DNA of 63,365 nt, filler included, from Atractiella rhizophila (GCA_021432655.1; 32 parts of 32 records of this genome joined end to end with filler, not necessarily neighbours in it); one strand, 5' to 3'; shown: positions 49,750 through 62,523, counted from the whole stretch's first letter. Notes: a model not told the origin generated them from the letters alone. Numbers and translations are program-made.

Positions 49750-51814
49750 NNNNNNNNNNNNNNNNNNNNNNNNNNNNNNNNNNNNNNNNNNNNTTAATTA
49801 ATTAANNNNNNNNNNNNNNNNNNNNNNNNNNNNNNNNNNNNNNNNNNNNGGCACCATCATCATATGGCGAAGTTGTCCGTCCCGTCCTCGTCTCTGTCGT
49901 CCTCTCCTTCTGTCTGTGGGGGATCGGACTCTCTCAGGTCTGTCTCCTTCTATGGAACCGGACAGCTTTCTTACAAGCATGACAGTTTCATCAGTGTTTT
50001 AGTATGCTCCAGTCGGTACGCTAGACCATCCTACCCTGTTTTGTACCGAAGAATCAAATTGTACCAACGGAACAGTCATGAAAGATACTTGCTCTTGAGC
50101 TCTTGGCTCTCCTCGTTGTCGACGTGGTTGACTCGTGAGTCACTCATTTCGAGAGATGAACCTCACATATTGACTGTGGCTGATTAAGTGTCACAAAACT
50201 TATATGGCCCGAAGCGTTTATTCGCGGCGTTGCCTTGCACACACTGTCGGATTTCATAGCGTATCTTCCCTTCTATCTCCTGCCCTGAGATTGGCTGATC
50301 TTAATATTATAACCTGCCAGATCATGGCATAGCCGTTTTGTCCGAGTTGTTTCTCTCTGTTCATCCCCTACCGTCTGATGTCACGTCTCAGGTTCGTGAC
50401 TGCTCCACTGATTACCCTCATATGCCACCTTTTGTATGCATGTTGAATCCATGTTCTTCGAAACGGTGTCGGATCGAACCGCGCTAACTCCATAGTTCTC
50501 GTCGCGGTTATCAGTCTCTCTGCTACCAATTATGCGGCGGCGCTCATCAGTGAACCATTTCTCTCTTCCCGTTCGTCATCTGAAAAAACGTGCGCAGCCG
50601 CGTACGTTTCTGCTGCCTAGCCTCGTGCGTCCTGTCCAGCGTGAAGGAGAGTGATAACACAAGTACAAGGTGATCAATGGATCCCCGCTATGATTCCCAG
50701 TCCGTCTCCTTCAGTTTCTAGTAGCCCAAGAATGACATGGACATAGGCGCCGCAGTCCGGCTCGGTGGATCAGCCCTGATGGACTGCCTACTCTGTGTCT
50801 GCCTTGTCCTCACTCTCAGGAAGGAAGCCCAGCGCGCCGACTATCCTGTTCGTTCCGTCTCTTGCACCCTCCTGCGCTGACAAACCTTCAGACCACCAAA
50901 GATACATTGTTTCGCATATGCATGGATCATATCCGCAATCAAATGGTACTGACACAATCGGGGCAGTTGATTCGCTTTGCCGTTGGATCCAGCATCCTCA
51001 CGTCCTCACTTCAAATTCTTGAACTCGTCCTCTTTCTCACATGTCATGGGAAGGCTTATCACATCGCAAGCAGGTCTTCCCTTGTCTTGTCCTCTCTATC
51101 TGTGACTCATGAGACGTAGTTACTATCATGGTCCCAAGATCTATATCCTCTGGTAGGTGTCAAACTTTTGACTTCCGTATGCTTATATGAAATCACATCA
51201 ATCAATTCCGAGGAGATTTGCGCCGCATCACAAAAGTGGTCAACCTCTCGAACTAGAATATGCTTGAATGCAAAATGTAGTAATGATTAACGATTCATCT
51301 TGAATACAATTTAGGCTGATCCAGTGTCTATGAATGCAATGTGTCTGTCTCTGAAGCAAACAATAAAATAAAATACAAGATATCGGTACGTGGAAACTTG
51401 AAATGTAATCACGCCTTCTGACATCAATACCCAATGTGTTTTCCTTTTAAGTAGCTTGAACGTAATGTATGTGATGCTGGTGTTGCCCTGTATAACATTA
51501 ATAACAATGAGTGAACATTCAAAATAGCGGAGCAAAAAAATACTCACCTTCATATATCAAAAAATACAATTTGCTATTACTTCACCATTATTCATCATAT
51601 TTAGACGTAAGCAGCACGAATGGGAGACCTGAGATGTAGCTTTGACGACGTATAATGTGTATTGAGAATGAGCAAATATTTAAAAAAGCGGAGGACAAAA
51701 TANNNNNNNNNNNNNNNNNNNNNNNNNNNNNNNNNNNNNNNNNNNNTTAATTAATTAANNNNNNNNNNNNNNNNNNNNNNNNNNNNNNNNNNNNNNNNNN
51801 NNGGTGCTGTATAG

Positions 51815-52190
51815 AAATCACATCGCACTTCGACCGTCTTCTGCTGCCTCTTGGACTCGCGCAGAACTCGCAAAGTCCATTCGTTCCCGCAACCCCTACT
51901 CCGTCAACCTCCTGCTTGGCGGTTGGGATCCTACGTCCAATACTCCTCATCTCTACTGGCTCGACTACCTCGGAACCATGGCCACGGTTCCTTTCGCAGC
52001 TCACGGATACGGAGCTTACTTCTCCCTGAGCACCATGGATCGGTACCACAATCCCGAAGGAACGCTGGAAGAGGGATTGGATCTGTTGAGAAAGTGCATC
52101 AACGAGTTGGAGACGAGGTTCATCGTGAATTTGGGAAAGTTTAAAGTCAGAGTGGCAGATAAGGACGGAGTTCGTGTAGTGGAGTTGTGA
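51815..52190 (+). CDS. PRE1: 20S proteasome beta-4 subunit, last exon
   Basis: ELAKSIRSRNPYSVNLLLGGWD, LYWLDYLGT, AHGYGAYFSLSTMDRYH and CINELETRF. Confidence 0.95.
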
Positions 52191-53256
52191 AATTTCATTC
52201 TGTCTCTTAACCTGGGTATGTCGCTCCTTTCTCCCGAAGTGGGTCGCAATCTCTACGCTTTCGACAATTGCATCGCCGGCAAGGAAGGAAGAACTCTGCC
52301 TGTTGGACATTGAGAAAAGGATGACGCGTCTTATGGAGCTCCCTCCCGTCGCTTGCTTCAAGCGATATCAATTTAACATGTACAGTTTCTTTGTGGTTTG
52401 GGAGATACAACTCATTCCATTCGAGCTGGGCAGTTGAACTTCCATTCTTTAGGGCGAGTATTGCTTGTGACACTCGAGCCTGATGATGTCCATCAAACGA
52501 TGTGACTCAAGAAACCTGATTATTGTTGAATAACGTTATTGCATCAACGAACGACTTATTTGAGAAACATAAACAGCACGCGCACCTTTCATGAAAGTAA
52601 ACAAGAACAATTTTGAAGCGATTCTTTAACCTGATCTCAATGAGCAACTCAGTGGACAATATTAATAACGCAGCGGAACAATACTAGTGTGGGGTGAGGA
52701 TTCGAGAGAAGAAAGATGCAAAGAGCACAATGGCTCATAACAGCCTGAACATGTTTCTTTGACGCAGGCAAGCCGGAGGTAAACCTATCATGCGTGGAAG
52801 ATCGACCCAATTGTAGCGCGCCTCAGGGCTGCCTCAGGCTAACCGGAGGTCAACCGTTCAACTATCATAGGATCCGCATAACTCAAGGCAAAGGAAGACA
52901 TTGTTGGCAATTTTGCTTCTTTGGCAAAGATAACCACAGGAGTCGCATTTGCGCTGAATAATTAGTAGACTAACAAGAGATGGAGCCAGAAGAGCCTCTG
53001 TTTGACTTATCTTCTTACTTCCACCTCCACCTCCACACCTGCACTGCATCTCCACATAATCTTCATCGCCGACCGGCTATACCCAAGTAACAGTCTTCCT
53101 TTCCGCTCCACCGGTTAACACGGTTGGCGGTTGGTTAACATCGTTTCCTAGGCTCGCAACCAGGCTCGCAAGGTCTGAAGCTGGAGTATATAAGCTATCA
53201 GAGTTCAGCGGAGTCGACATCCACTCGAATAATCGCACGGAGAAGCAGTAGTAATA

Positions 53257-53653
53257 ATGTCAGCGAACCAATCAGTCGATATTTGCATCGTTGCTGGTGT
53301 GGGCAACGGAACAGGTAAGCTTACTTTGCTTGGAGGAAGTTTCGCGGTACTGAATTGGTGCAGGAACTGGTGCTGCCGTTGCGTGAGCTTGCGACGTTGC
53401 TCGCGAATGCCCCAGGAAAGCACTGACGCTGCTGACAGAGAAGCCTTCGCGACGAAGTTGGGATACAAGGTCGCGTTGATCGCTCGAAAAGCTGACTTCT
53501 TGGAGAACACTGCTAAAAAGATTCGAAGCGCTGGAGGTGAAGTAAGCCCTCTTGCGTGAAGCAGGAGCGTGAAGATTGACTGTTCTTGTTTGGTTCCAGG
53601 TCAAGGCGTTTCCTATTCCTGAATACAATCATGAACAGCTCTCCAAGGCTTTT
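53257..53653 (+). CDS. Short-chain dehydrogenase/reductase, N-terminal exons, 3'-truncated
   Basis: Spliced ICIVAGVGNGT|GTGAAV|..AFATKLGYKVALIAR..IRSAGGE|VKAFP gives a Rossmann fold. TATAA lies upstream at about 53188. Confidence 0.8.
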
Positions 53654-53753
53654 NNNNNNNNNNNNNNNNNNNNNNNNNNNNNNNNNNNNNNNNNNNNTTA
53701 ATTAATTAANNNNNNNNNNNNNNNNNNNNNNNNNNNNNNNNNNNNNNNNNNNN

Positions 53754-55603
53754 GTAACACTTCATTGTAAACTACATTATCTGTTTGCTTGTTTTCTTCT
53801 CCTTGCTTTGTTTTGACCAATACTCGTAAATTGTTTGCGTTTGAAACCCGTGAAAGACCAACATAAAGCTGCCCATGAGAGAAAGGAGAAGACTCTAAGT
53901 ACAAACCCACATGTCCAACAGATTGTCCTTGCACTTTATTCAGAGTTAAGGCAAACGCTAAGCGCACAGGGAATTAAAAGCACCGGAATTGAAAAGGAAG
54001 CTGGTTTGATACTGCACTGTCAATGCCAATTCAAGGAATGAGAACTGATTCGCCACTGTGTGTACCTGTAATGATGGTTGCTTCGATGACTCGTCGGAGA
54101 AGCTGGTGACAATGAGCCGCGTGCCGTTGCACAGGCCAGCAGATGGATTGAGATTTCGCAGAAGAATGATGGGTACACCGGTCTTGAGGTGTAAACAATG
54201 CGGAGGGAATACAGAGATCTCCAGGGTATTCAGGTACTCGACAGAGAAGCGATTTCTGAAATCTCCCTCGTCATCTATAATTTGATCTGTACTATAATAT
54301 ACCCGATCTCCTATGGATTCGAACCACTGAATCAAGTGATCGTTGATGCCATCCACATGATGTGGGCATGTGGTAGACCTATCTTCTGACATTCAATGAC
54401 CCAGACATATCTGATAACCCTTCCAAAGATCTGTCATACCACTAAATCCTTGATGTACTCCAGAGCCTTCAGTCGAAAAACCCTTGAAACCAAATCTGGT
54501 CGATCCTCTGGTTTTTGTCCTGGTAGGACAGCTTCCGTGATCTCCGCCCAGTGTGGGTTGCAAGTGAAGGTTGTAAAGATATTTGGGGGTCCTTTGGCAC
54601 CAACTATAGTCATTGCATCCTGGAACAGCTGATTCATTGAACATGGACTGCCAGTGAAACTTGATGGTAATATAGTCCGCCTCCCGATATCTTCTGAAGA
54701 ATAGCCTTCTGCAAGGGCATCCGTAAGACCTTGATACACCTCGGCTCGAAGAATAGACTTGATTGAACAGCAGATAGCGGAGTCGATTCGCCTCAATTTG
54801 AGCATAAGCATCGACTACCAATTCTTGCAGTAGCCGACCACCGTAGAGAGGGAGTGAGAATATATCATTTCGTTGATGCGACATGTAAGAATAGAACTCC
54901 ATTTGGCTTGACACATTGTCGAACCCCAGAATTACCAACTTGCATGCCGTCATCATTGAAGTGCTCTCGCTCGCGAGGAGGAAGATCTGCAGGCAGGTCT
55001 CGATACGGAATCTGCGGATGCCATCCTTGGTCCCCATATGGAAACAGAAGAGGAAAACAAAGTGGAAGATAATTTGAGTTGAGCTCATTGACACGCTGTA
55101 AGTTGCTACCAGTCATGGTTGCCCTGAGCTGGATGACAATATCTCTGGCCACTCCATATTCTTCTCTGTTACCATCTCCTACCTCACTACAGCAACTTCA
55201 CTGGCTACAGGAATGTTGTAGCGTCTTGGGTCCCTATCTCGTGGGGCGACTGTGCGAAGATGTAGTGTTGTAGTGGGATCCTGTTCCATTCTTTCTTTTA
55301 CAAATTTGTAGATCCTGGGATATGGGTTGACATGGAAGAGTATAGCCTGAAGGTCTTCAAGCGTCCTACGATTCAGTGATATTGAAGTGTTGCCAACTCT
55401 TTGTTCAGTCTGTACAGCTGAATCTGTAATGTAGACCTGTGCAAATGTTTCACACCCTTCTTGTTGTGGTAAAAGAGTGCCAATAAGGTGACAGAGCTCT
55501 CCCTGAATTTTGAAGGAGTAGGGACCATGTCCAGGAATTGATACGTGGCGGACGCCTAAGGATGTAAATGCAAAAGCATTATTGAATATCCTGATATGCT
55601 CTC
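53754..55603 (-). mobile_element. Helitron RepHel remnant with large internal deletion
   Basis: Rep motifs: NNAFAFTSLG, FPLLFPYGDQGW, GRLLQELVVDAY, ILPSSFTGSP, FTTFTCNPHW, DRPDLVSRVF, ECQKIGLPHAHI. Pif1 C-terminal motifs: PPH.L.LK.G.PIILLRNL..GLCNGTRL, FALTLNKVQGQS, FSHGQLYVGLSRV. Stops and frameshifts are present. Confidence 0.95.
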
Positions 55604-55703
55604 NNNNNNNNNNNNNNNNNNNNNNNNNNNNNNNNNNNNNNNNNNNNTTAATTAATTAANNNNNNNNNNNNNNNNNNNNNNNNNNNNNNNNNNNNNNNNN
55701 NNN

Positions 55704-56290
55704 CGAAGGTATTCATCGAAATCTGTTGAGGAGTAGGCGCCTTCTTTGTCCTCCCTGAATCTCTTGATTTTCCTTCCAGTCAAGGTCTCCATCATAGCTT
55801 TGTACTCCTTAAAGCGTTGAGGTGCTTCTGACTTCTTCCTGAGAAAAGCAATCGTCCAGTGACTTGTTGCCTCGTCTATAAACGTCACCCAATAGCGAAA
55901 TCCTTCTCTTGAAGCAACAGGGAGTGGTCCATGAAGATCTGAGCTGATCCTCCCTAAAATTTCCGTCTCCCTATTCTCTGCAGCCTTGTTGTAGATCCTA
56001 TGCTGCTTCCCAGTGATGCAGGGCTCACAGATGGGGTCAGGAGCGTCTTCTGAGTCCAGAATCATTACTTTCACGAGTCCTTTCTTCAGCATTCGCTTTA
56101 CATCTTCATGATTCAAGTGGGCAAGTCTCCTGTGCCACAGGGAAGCGTTTAGAGGGGTAGTGGAGGCATGTGCAACGAATTCTGAGGTCATGAGCGTTCT
56201 TCCATCGATGATGGCACTCATGCTTCCTCTCCTGTGGTCAACGGTCGCTAAGAAGCAGAGATTTCCAGCCTTGAGGAAGCGTACTCTGCT
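55704..56290 (-). mobile_element. Ty1/copia pol fragment (GAG-pre-integrase + integrase N-half), open frame
   Basis: LWHRRLAHL, CEPCITGKQHR, SDLHGP, YWVTFIDE, FLRKKSEA and IKRFRED. Confidence 0.95.
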
Positions 56291-56760
56291 AAGAGGTGAA
56301 GGAAGCCAAAGTCAAAGGTCAGAATTCGCTGGAGAGACCAGTTATGCAGAAGATGATGCCATTAGTTGCCAGAAAGCTGGGACTGACTAGCTTATCGATA
56401 CAGGAGCAACTTTATCAATGACTCCGCACCAGTACTTCAAATCCTATTGAAAACATGTTGTACCTGTCAGAGTTGCTAATCGAAAAGTGATCTGGTCAAC
56501 TGCAATTGGAGAGGCGGTAATTGAGGTAAAATTGAAGGATGGAAAGTTAAAGAAGGTCACCATTCACAATGTCCTGCACGTTCCCAAGCTCTGTATCAAT
56601 CTGCTATCAGTTTGTAAGCTTACTACTGTCTTCGAAGGTTATGACTGTGACCATTAATAGGAGCAGAGTACGATTCCTTAAGGCCAGAAATATCTGCTTT
56701 ACAGCAACAGTTGAACATAGGAGAGGAGCATGAATGCTATCATCAATGGAAGAATACTCA
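56291..56760 (+). mobile_element. Ty1/copia protease-region fragment, degenerate, inverted relative to the adjacent integrase fragment
   Basis: D*LIDTGATLSMT (WLIDSGA motif), VRVAN and NVLHVPKLCINLLSV, with several stops. Confidence 0.85.
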
Positions 56761-57649
56761 CCTAGCTAGACCACCCCCTTTTTCAGCATCATCCTGCAAT
56801 CATAGCCATCCATCATACAATCATTGTCTCCAAGCCTAACTTGAAATATTTCATCATCCATTATCTTTTGAATTCTGGGTCAAATGCTACATAATCAAAT
56901 TTTATCCAAATGAAGTGGTGCAGCCTTATACCTCTATGACCAGAAGCATTTCAATCCAAGCCCATACCATGATGGATATGACTTGACAGATTCATCCATG
57001 TGTTTTGACACAGGCGGTTGATGTGATGTGGTTGTGAGGATAGAGGCGATTCACTTAGCACGAACAAGGCAGTGAGCACAGCTATTGCCGTGGCTGCCTT
57101 GTGATAGTAAGTAACGGTAGGCGGCAAGAGCTGAAGACATGACAAGGACACGGAAACTGCCAAGCAAACACACTATGTAACGATTAGTAAGAATAAGGAG
57201 CAAGGCAAGGGAGGGAGCACATACACCACTAGGATGAGGAAAGGTGTCAAACATAACAAGCAGAAAAGGGGGACATATAAAGAAAGAGGCAGAAGCTGTT
57301 ACAAGGGAAATATAGAAATTAGTCAAGGTTACAATAAATGGATACAGAAAATTAAGAGTGCTATTCCACCCAGTGCAGTCTGAGTGGCAGCAGTGTTGTA
57401 AAGTGGCAGAACTGAGGCGGTCGGAGATATAACATCACATCCAAACAACCATGAACCAACTACTCCTAGCCTTAGATCCTTACAGCTATGCCCCATAATT
57501 CTGAATCCAGATTCTCAGTATGGCTGGACAGGGTGATCTGGTTGGCTGGNNNNNNNNNNNNNNNNNNNNNNNNNNNNNNNNNNNNNNNNNNNNTTAATTA
57601 ATTAANNNNNNNNNNNNNNNNNNNNNNNNNNNNNNNNNNNNNNNNNNNN

Positions 57650-59494
57650 GCTGACACTCTTCTTGTTGTGAGCAATGGGGGGAAGCTGCCAAGTAGAGTG
57701 GATATCCTAAGAGAACCAATCTGGATATCTCACTCCATTGGCAGTTCCAGAATGTTCCAGCATATTCCACCATTAACTCTCTTTACTACATGCCTGATAG
57801 AACCTTCTAGACCATTTGCCACATAATCCAGAATGTGAGTCATGCTCTATACACGAACCCTGACAATATGCCCCCACTCAGGACTGAGGCTCTGACCAGG
57901 TAAGGCAGTAAAGAATGTAAGTTGATGTCAAAGACCAGTAAGGGAATGTACGAACCGCCCATTGGGGCGGCCTACTACTATTTGGAATTACGGCACCCCA
58001 TCACTTTACCTGCTCAAGAGGGCACCGATTTGAGTTTCTAGTTTGAAGGGGCTCAGCATGAATATCTTCTCACCTGAGTGCTTGTGGATTCTTCATGTAA
58101 ACTCCTTGATAGTATCTTGAGCACTCTCCAAATCATCCCACTTCTTCATTGTTGGTTCTTCAATGGGATAGCCTTTCCACCTGACTCTGAACCAAAGGCC
58201 ATTGTATCGCCTTCTTGCTTCCAGAATCTCTTCCACCTCATATTCTGGCTCTTCTCCTTCCACTATAACTTCAGGTTCCAATCAATGGGATAAACGAATA
58301 TGTGGAGGAGCCTTTCAAACGAATGAGACATGAAATACCGGGTGGATGGACATGCTGTCTGGGAGAGTAAAGCGAACATTGATAGGAGATATGATTTGTT
58401 GAACAGAGAAGGGGCCAACCTATTTGTCATCGAGTTTCTTCATTAGACAAAGAGAAACAATATTCCTTGCATCCAGATAGACCAGGTCACCAATGTTGTA
58501 CTTGAGAGCATTGCCTTGTTTACGATCATAATGTTTTGTCATATCTTGAATAGCTTTCTCCAAAGCAGCCTGTGCTTCTTAATTTGGCTTCTTCATCCTT
58601 GAAAAGAACTAATCAGCTAATTCATTGAGAGTAGAAGGTCTGTCCACAAGGTTCATCCGTGGATCTTGATCAGTATTAAGTCTGAAAGGGTATGAGTCCA
58701 TCTTCTTCCACTTTCCACTCATCCTCTCTAGCTACCTTCTCATTTCCTTCTTTCGGTTCCTTAACTACCTTCATAACTACTTCATCCTGCTGTTCTATCC
58801 TTCAAATCCAATCTAAAAGCCTGTCTAACTCTTCACCCCCACCATCAAGACAGCAGCTGGACGCTCAGCGCTAAGAAAATACTTGCCCGGGAATCCACTG
58901 TTCAGCTGTGCATTTTTCTGATAAAAGGATAATCTCCTCATTGTCCTTGGAACCATCATCATGGTCAGCACATCGGGAGAAAGCATCTGGTTTGTCTGAG
59001 CTCTTCATGTTGGAGGATGAAGTTGAAGCGAGAAAGGTAGAGGAGCCAGTGAGCCTGTCTACAATTAAGCTTCTGAGGTTCCTTGAAGTACTGAAGTGCC
59101 TTGTGGTCTGTGACGACAGTGATAGGAATAGATTGACCTTTGAGGAGATAACACCATTCTTCCAGAGCTCGAACAATTGCCAGCATTTCTTTGTCATAAA
59201 TCTCATAGCTATGTTCAGCAGTGGAGAGAGATTTTGAGAGGAAGGCGATGGGGTGGTACTTGCCATTGTCCTTCTTCTGTAAGAGAATAGCACCAAGTAT
59301 AAAGCCAGAGCTGTCAGCTTTGATGAGGTAGGGTTTATCATCTTCTGGAAAAGACAGGACTGGTGCTGTAGTGACTACCTTTTTTAGATTGTCAAATGAC
59401 TGTTGTTGCTGTTGTTCCCAATGAAAGTTGACCCTCTTCTGAGATAGAGGGCAAGCGATAGACGAGAAATCCTTGATGCAGTGGCGATAGAATT
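57650..59494 (-). mobile_element. Ty3/gypsy chromovirus remnant: RT end, RNase H, deleted integrase, chromodomain, PPT and partial 3' LTR
   Basis: NFYR..IKDFS.IA.PL, TTAPVL, HPIAFLSKSL..YEIYDKEMLAIV, TDHKAL, GPF..IHPVFHVS and chromodomain YEVEEIL..VRWKGYP. The PPT-like TGAGTGGGGG (57871-57880) precedes the LTR start TGTCAGGG at 57865. Confidence 0.93.
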
Positions 59495-59594
59495 NNNNNN
59501 NNNNNNNNNNNNNNNNNNNNNNNNNNNNNNNNNNNNNNTTAATTAATTAANNNNNNNNNNNNNNNNNNNNNNNNNNNNNNNNNNNNNNNNNNNN

Positions 59595-61060
59595 GCTGCC
59601 AGTTGCACAAACCTGATTTGACCAGGTCCTCGCGAAACTGGCGCAAGCTAGACTCGAGCTCTTTCACACGAATCTCGACCTCTTCCTGAAACTGCCTTGT
59701 TTCTTCCTCTCGTATGCGATCCATCTCTTCTCTAACTGCCACATCACGAAGTTCAGAATCCGTCAAAGTGGTAGGGCTTTCCAATAGAAACGATCTCATA
59801 GTCTCGCTCGAAGCCAGTGCATCATTCGCCAATAAGGAGTGGAGATATGCACGGAGAGTGAGCCTGTTCCTTTCTCGAGCGAGATTCGGCAGGTGTTTGT
59901 CGTGATGATGGTGTGTTGAGGCATTGGAGGAGAAGGCACCTGTGCTTGGTGGAGAGCTACTGATATCGCCTGGCATCAGATATTGAGAATCCTCAAACGC
60001 CTCGGATGTAGATGTCGGAAACTCTGATCTGCGAGGGGAAGGACCAGTCGACTGAGATCGAACTTCGACAGAGCGGCGGTCTTTCGGAGGCGGAGGTCGG
60101 ATGTCTGCTTCTGCATATTCGCTTCGTAGCTATAACATTAACACTACGATCAGGGAATCCTAGGCTCATTAGCAGGAGGCGCACCTCTTCTGACAATTTG
60201 AGAAAATCCCCATATCGTCGACTGACGTAAACCTCTCCATCCTTGCTCTTCGTGCGGATAATAAATTCTTCATGATGTTTGTTGCGAACTCTTCCCTTTG
60301 TCACAATGTTGCGCACGGTAACAACATTGACACTAAAACTCTGCTCGCTTTCGGAAGCGTCAGAGGAAAGCGCTCCGACATTGATCGACAGACTCTCCGT
60401 TTCGTAAACAGGCCCTGTCGACGCTTGATGCCGAGCTCCAAATGGGTGAGATGTACTAGTGACCCTGACGACTTCTTCTGCTCCATTGTTATCATTGACT
60501 TTGATAGCCGCAGAAACTATCAAGCCCAGATGCTTTTCCACCTTTCCGAACAGCCTGCGACGCTTGGTTGCCTCTTCTCTATCTTCGCTGCTCGAGATGT
60601 TGCGCGCGAAGAAGGAGTGAATGAAGGGCTGAACTTTGTGCGACCAGAAAGTTGGGCCACAATTCTTGAGAAATGGAAAGGTGACCACAAACTGATGGAA
60701 GATAAATCTGATCAGTGGAAGATCGGCTTGCTGCTCTCTCTCCCTTTGTTTCTCTTCTGCTGAAAGCTGTGGAGGATTAGGATTTGGTTGGCCATTGGGC
60801 AAGAATCTTGATTTTGGGAGAAATGGCGACCCAAACAGAAATAGGGCTTCTGAAGTAGCTACAGTGGATATTTCTCGTTGAATTTGCAGAGTGATCAGTT
60901 CTCGCTTGAGATAGTGTGCCCTAAGTGGGGTGAGCGCGTTGGGATCGGGATCCGCTATAGATGGCGCTTTGGTCTTTTCGGCAGCGCTTGACTTGAAATC
61001 CGAAACAAGGGACGGCGATGGGGGCGGTGGGCGAGTAGGTTTCACTGGCTGACTGGACAT
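59595..61060 (-). CDS. PX-domain protein with PX-associated (PXB) N-terminus, Ypr097w/Lec1-like, 3'-truncated
   Basis: LTPLRAHYLKRELI, LPLIRFIF..FV.TFPFL, EATKRRRL, VSRRYGDF, PPPPKD and LARERNRLTLRAYLHSLL. Confidence 0.88.
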
Positions 61061-62126
61061 TGCGTAGATCTGATAAACGAGGGGTCAATACACTGTTCAG
61101 CCAAAGTGTAACGTGCGTAGACTGAGAGTGCTTCGCCAAGAGATGTGCACTACTTCCCGCAGATACAAAAAGGGCATGAGCATACACGAATGGTAAATGG
61201 TAATCTGGCACGTATTGTTTACAGCCAGCCATCCAATCGATCATCTCGTGAGCGTCAACTGACAACTCACAATGAAAGGTACAATGGAAGTTCCCTCTTT
61301 ACATTAAACCGTTCTTATATCTCTGCAGCGCAACAATGTCAAGCGAATAGAAACCCTGATGGAAACCGCGGTGCAAACGTCAGAGATGGACTGGTGTTGT
61401 AGTTTGAAACTAATAAGACCAACTTTTTGTNNNNNNNNNNNNNNNNNNNNNNNNNNNNNNNNNNNNNNNNNNNNTTAATTAATTAANNNNNNNNNNNNNN
61501 NNNNNNNNNNNNNNNNNNNNNNNNNNNNNNACATCTCAATGTATATATACATATGTAAAGGCACTGCCATAAACTGTAACGTATGTTGTTTCTTGAAACA
61601 CGTAAGATATCTAGATCATGAAGCAACAAAGGGAATACTCGGAAATAAGATATACTGAGTAGTACTAATGAGAAAGCATAATAAGGCGAAAATGGAGACG
61701 GTGCAGACCAGCGAAATGTATAATGTTTGCTGAGCGGCGATGCGTGTGAGAAAGGGGAAAGCGGCAGACAGTGCGGGCATGAGCAAAGCGACGTAAAAAC
61801 CATGATGATGTTCACCAAAAAACTGATGAAGGGACCTGCTGGTGCTGGGGGATTATGAAAAGTTCAGTAGATCTGATGGGATCATTCAGTTTCGTTTTCC
61901 CAGGTTGACAATGGTTGGTAGCATTAGGGTCACGCGGTCGAGCGGTGCAGACCCCAAGAAGTCACCACTTTTCCCATTACCTGAACTCGTACTGCAATAA
62001 CAATCGAGGACCCTACTTCGAATCATTATTTTCATGTAGGTCTCAAAATTACACTTGATCATCGACTGATAATGCCTTAGGGGCGACAGAAGAGCTAGAG
62101 TCAAACAGGATCAGTATCCATTGACC

Positions 62127-62523
62127 ATGGACACTCCTCCTCCTGTGGCCGCACGAACGAACGGCGGCCAACCTCCATACCTCCTTGGCTGGATACTTGA
62201 CGACGACCTCCTGCTCAAGATGGGTGCCAAGCATATTGACCTGGTTGATCTAGCCATCAAGTGGCGCAAAGCGAATATGTAAGTTCTACAGAGTTTCGGT
62301 TGAAGGATATGGAACAGGTTGTAGGGAAGAACCTTTCAATTATTGGTACTGCCAACGAAATGGCCGCCAGAAAGTCATTTTGCAGATCGGAAACAGCTCG
62401 ACGCAAGAATCTCTTGACCTCGCTTCGACACCTGATTATATCGACAGAGCAAAGAATGTGTACGGTATTGACATTGCACCTGCATGGTATCGACGCGAGA
62501 AGGACGCGCTCCTCATCTTCTAG
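62127..62523 (+). CDS. Small hypothetical protein (about 116 aa), 2 exons (62127-62278, 62325-62523); absent from the ORF track
   Basis: ACCATG start. A 46-nt GTAAGT..TAG intron restores the frame: MDTPPP..PPYLLGWILD..KANM|EEPFNYWYC..VILQIGNS..YGIDIAPAWYRREKDALLIF*. Confidence 0.6.

Noticed and set aside
49850..51702. Possible F-box-like gene (YPVLYRRIKL)
   Set aside because: The core F-box LP.E motif is absent and the downstream frames are broken.
53754..59494. Helitron-copia-gypsy composite mega-element
   Set aside because: These are three separate contigs divided by linkers.
1932..61530. Regularly spaced TTAATTAATTAA palindrome as a CRISPR-like or periodic array
   Set aside because: It is always embedded in N44 flanks; it is a synthetic concatenation linker.
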